64,000 nt of DNA from Octopus vulgaris (taxonomy: Eukaryota): the NCBI GenBank assembly GCA_951406725.2, contig OX597819.1, positions 104,656,001 through 104,720,000 of the forward strand, given 5' to 3'. Every line of letters starts with the position of its first letter. The stretch's first letter is position 1. The position numbers were made by a program, and so were the translations under genes. A model generated the notes under the pieces. That model did no database searches and was not told the origin of the DNA. It worked only from the letters and a program-made list of their open reading frames with translations. Positions 59,258 to 64,000 of this stretch are shown in pieces.

Positions 59258-60475
59258 GATTCACCTAAAGCTACCATATCCATTACCAGCACTACCTCAT
59301 CTCTCTCTCAAATTAACGATCGTAGAACTGATAGCTGCAACGGCAGATCTGGGACAGACCACTCGATGCAGGCCCATTGCAGAAGATTTAACGGCGTATA
59401 CCATTGCACCGTCCACAACATAGTAAATAAATCCTATAGCTACTACATTCGATCTATCACAAAAGTTTAAACAAAGATATTATGTACATTTAAACTCGTT
59501 TAAATATAAAGAGAATAGCAATTCCACATCACTAGCTGGCCACATACACCATCTAATTAATAGAAAAATACTATATAGACTTTCCTGGAATATAATAGAC
59601 ACTGGTATCCCATATCAGAGCCAGCATTCCATTTGTGGACTCTGCTTAAAAGAAGCCCTCGAAATATTAACCTATAACTCACTACTATTGCCTAATAAGC
59701 ACAACGAAGCCTTCACAATGTGTAAACACAAATCCTTCCACACTTTTAAATTCTTTCATAAATCTAGCTGTAAATTCACCCCCACGAATAACACCCACAT
59801 TGCAAACTTCCATGATCATTAACACATACTCATCTATATCTCTTCTATCAACCTTACCTCATCACTTTATAAGATAATCATTACTTCTTTAATTTATTTT
59901 TAACGATTAATCTAATAAATCCCCTTATAATTATCATGCAAACAGTTTCTCCATTGACGACTACCTACACACTTGTAACCCCATTGCTAAAAATAATATC
60001 TACATATGCTGATTTTAGCCAGAACGGACTCAAGTACTTACTACTAGATTTCCTCCCCAAACCCTGTAGACTGGAAGAATGCTACTGGCAACTATTATTC
60101 TCTTTAAATTCATTTCATTTTGCTCTATTTTGTTTATTTTGTTTTTATGTTATCTTCCTTTACCTACTCCTCCATCTCCTCCTCTCTCTTATTTTCTTGG
60201 TTATCGTTATACAATATATTCTCAGACACAATATTTTTTTATATACCTTACTTTATCTTCAAAGCAATCCTTAACCACCCTCCCTTCACTGTATCTACCA
60301 CCGTTTCTATTTATTTGCTTTTCTTTCTTTTTACCACTTAAATGCCATCTCCGCAACCATTCTGTTATTGAGCGTTGATATGTTCGCTTTTATTTTTCTC
60401 GATGTTTACAATATCAGGACATTAGCCCACATGGATTTACACAGGATTGCACCTGCAAGATCGGAAAGTTGAACT
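59258..60475 (+). mobile_element. Penelope-like element 3' part, right arm of the inverted pair
   Basis: Reverse-complement homology to 52665-54371. Confidence 0.8.
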
Positions 60476-60729
60476 GTTTTGCTCCGTGTCATAAAAAGCA
60501 CAATTACAATAAGGTCTTCATTTAGAGGAGCAGCGTTATGCTAGCGTGCCTTCATGCTTGCATGGAGTTGGTGCCGATGCTGCAGTCATCTTTGCTCAAA
60601 TCTTTGACCGTAAGCAAAACAGGAATGGCGCCAGGTCTTGCGTTCTAATGTTTTCTCTGGAAGAAAAGGGAATTTTGCATCGCTTCATATTTATCTTTGA
60701 AACGCAAGCATGGTCTTGTAAATGATCTT

Positions 60730-61111
<382 letters not shown>

Positions 61112-61115
<4 letters not shown>

Positions 61116-61277
61116 CTGGGACACTGCCTTGATAAACTCAGTTCACCTTACCAACCCCAGTACTTATTTCTTTAACACTTGTACTTCTATTGATCTCCAT
61201 CGCTAAACTGCTACGTTACGGTGAAAAATGCGTAAACACGGAAATACACTCTAACACACACACACACACACACACAC

Positions 61278-61327
<50 letters not shown>

Positions 61328-61467
61328 TAGTGTATTTCCGTGTTTACACATTTGTCACCGTAACGTAGCAGTTTAGCGATGGAGATCAATAGAAGTACAA
61401 GTGTTAAAGAAATAAGTACTGGGGTTGGTAAGGTGAACTGAGTTTATCAAGGCAGTGCCCCAGTATC
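61112..61467. repeat. Fold-back inverted duplication of a SINE family 1 tail around (CA)n(TA)n
   Basis: Arms 61112-61250 and 61329-61467 are almost exact reverse complements. Confidence 0.85.
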
Positions 61468-61527
61468 AGTATAGGTTAATGACTGAAACAGGTACAGCAT
61501 TAAATACAAAAGATGCAAATATTTATG

Positions 61528-62060
61528 TACGAGGTCTGATCAATAAATATCTGGACTTGCAATAGTAACAAAGCTAAAGCCTATGCAAAGTTTTCATAAA
61601 GTTTTCATTGTTCTCGACACAATCAAGATCTTGTGCGACTGAAATCCGAGTGTCTTTTTGGTCAGCTGAAAGCAGTTTTAGCGAAAAGTTGGCAGACACG
61701 CGTCTTATACCCATATTTTCAGTGGAAATAGATTGAGCTGAAGCGTAACTATGCTGCACATCCTCTGACATCTCACAGAGTTTATATTCCACTTCACAGC
61801 TGCACAAACATATACGATATTTTTCTCAATTCTGCTGGTTGCAGATCTACCAGAACGTTCCTCAATATCAATATTTTTTCGGTCATCTTCAAGACATCTA
61901 AACCATTGGTACGCTTGTGTGCAGCTTATACATTCCCCCTGTATACTTTCTGCAACTTTGCGTAAGTTTCTGGATGGGTTTTGCTTTGACAACTTTCTCT
62001 GTCATGGTCAAAGCGACGATCACATAGTACACAACTTCCTTCCAAGCATGTTAAAACGGA
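61528..62060 (-). mobile_element. Tc1/mariner internally deleted copy
   Basis: CTQAYQWFRCLEDDRKNIDIEERSGRSATS; TIR-like tacgaggtctgatcaataa. Confidence 0.7.
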
Positions 62061-62169
62061 GTTGAAGGTCAATCTGTTCCAAGCAGCTTCACTCTACATG
62101 CTTTAGCTTCGTTACTGTTGTAAAAGCCCGGATACTTATTGATCAGGCCTAGTTTGTTTGTAGGTATGT

Positions 62170-64000
62170 GTCTCTCTACACTAATATGTGAATCCACCTC
62201 TGATACGTGGCACTTGATCAACAAGGGAGTTCGATGCTGCTGCCCGCATCTGCGTCTCCTGTCGTGAGGTAGGTTCATCTGGGACTCCCGACAAGAAGAG
62301 ATCCAGTTTAGTTTTAAAGAAACCCACATCCACACCATGCAAGTTTCTCAGGCATTTAGGGAGGATGTTAAAGAGCTGTGGTCCTCTGAAACCCAAGCTA
62401 TTGCTGTATCTGGTCCTGTATTTTGATGGTGATGTTGGAATCTTTGGCACCATGCAGTGGCGCCCCGTTCTGCGGTTGGGGTAACTTTGAATGCCAAAGT
62501 TTGGGACAAGACCTTCCAGGATTTTCCAGATGTATATCACCGCATATCTCTCCCGCCTCCACTCTAGGGAGAAGAGGTTTAATACTTTCAGTCTTTCCCA
62601 GTAGCTGATATTTTGCATTGAGACGATCTTCTTTGTGTAGTTTCTCTGAATTGCTTCGAGTTCTGCTGTTAGTTTTATATTGTGTGGTGACCATAGTTGG
62701 GAGCAGTAGTCCAAGCGGCTGAGGACGAATGTTTTCCAGAGGACCATCAGTGTCTACTTCTCTCTTGTTCTGAAAGTTCGGAGAATCCATACAGCTAGCC
62801 GTCTGCTTTTATCACCAGATTAGTAATATGCACTTGGAAAGATGCATCATTGCTCATGTCAATGACTAGGTCACGCACTGATTTTGACTCAGGGATTGCA
62901 ATTCTTCCTGGGCCAGTGTATCCAGTCTGCACGTCGTTTACCTTTGTGTGCCGGTAGCGCAGGGCCTGGAACTTACCTGCATTAAACTACATGTTGTTGT
63001 CCTCCGCCCACCTGTATATTTTGTCCAACTCCTGTTGCAGATGCGCAATATTTTCAGGGTTTTGTATTGTGTGGGAGACTTTTGTGTCATCTGCATAGCT
63101 AGCAAGGGTGGCCATCGTAGCAACTGAAGGCATGTTTGAAAGGGCCACTATGAACAGCAGTGGCCCCAAGACAGTGCCCTGTGGAACACCGCTTGTTATT
63201 TGTGTTTCCTTGGAGGTGGCTCCATTGCTCACAACTGCCTGTCTTCTATCTTTTAGGAAGTTGTGCAGCCACTCTCCAAGTTTTCCGACTATGCCGAGAC
63301 CACGCAGTTTGTGACAGATCATACTATGGTCGACTTTATCAAAGGCTTTTGCAAAGTCGAGATATATTACATCCACATTTGAGCCATTTAGTAGCTGTTT
63401 TAACACCCAGTCATAGTGTTGCAGGAGCTGTGTTAGGCAGCTTCTACCTGGTCGAAATCCATGCTGGGTGTCAGACAGCAAGTCATTTTCTTCAAGGAAC
63501 ATGATTAGTTTCTTGCGGACCATTCATTCCATGACTTTGCTGATGTGTGAGGTCAGAGAGATAGGCCTATAATTTTTAGCATCTGCTCTGCTACCTCCCT
63601 TATGGATAGGGCATACTACCCCCTCTTTCAATTTGACTGGGAGCTTACCACTTGCAAGAAAGCTCTGAAAAAGAAGCTGTAGCGGTTTTGCAAGGGCTCG
63701 TTTGCACGATTTGAGAAGGATCGCTGGAAATCCATCAAGTCCAGCAGCTGAGTTTGTGTCAATCTCATCTATGGCTAGTGTGATATCATCATCTTCAATG
63801 TTGATGTACTCAATTTTTTCCTCTTTGGCCGCAGGTAAAGTGGCAAAGAATTCTTCTGGGTTGTTTACCTGCCTGTGTCCCAGAGGTGTAGTGAACACAC
63901 TTTGGAATTGTTCGTTCAGTATTTCACTTATCCTCGTGGGATTTCCTGTGAGAGAGCCATCTTTTTGGAAGAGAGGTCTTATTCTCTGGTGCACTGTGGC
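62170..64000 (-). mobile_element. CR1-like LINE ORF2 (reverse transcriptase) with a few disruptions; runs off window
   Basis: NYRPISLTS, QHGFRPGRSC, YLDFAKAFDKV, GVPQGTVLGP, YADDTK, RLDYCSQLWSP, LEAIQRNYTK. Confidence 0.95.

Noticed and set aside
60655-60715. ctggaaga-AAAG..CTTT-gaaacgcaagc hammerhead-like relic
   Set aside because: Core and stems I and III are too degenerate to support a call

Overview
AT-rich, microsatellite- and transposon-dense eukaryotic DNA. The tRNA-derived SINE families and the (TA)n/(TATG)n/(GA)n load point to an octopus genome (inference). Almost all ORF-track entries are repeat or TE artefacts. The main find is a minus-strand multi-exon gene that the ORF track does not assemble: 16 small GT-AG exons (86-100 nt) between 51400 and 21089, strictly alternating phase 1-2 and phase 2-1, which splice into one open frame of 492 codons. 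That frame encodes 8 tandem ~60-aa modules with a nearly fixed six-cysteine scaffold, C-x7-C-x16-C-x8-C-x7/8-C-x11-C. A probable terminal exon lies at 19302-19277; the 5' end (start, signal peptide) was not found and is probably beyond 64 kb. The introns and flanks hold a decayed Ginger1-type DNA transposon with an OTU domain (CCGG TSD), a Gypsy element with both LTRs (AATAG TSD) between inverted Penelope-like arms, Helitron-type elements, mariners, and CR1-, RTE-, Tx1- and R4-like LINE fragments. There are also three SINE families, several minimal type I hammerhead ribozyme motifs (some with a CCGANGA core), and fold-back inverted repeats anchored on microsatellites.
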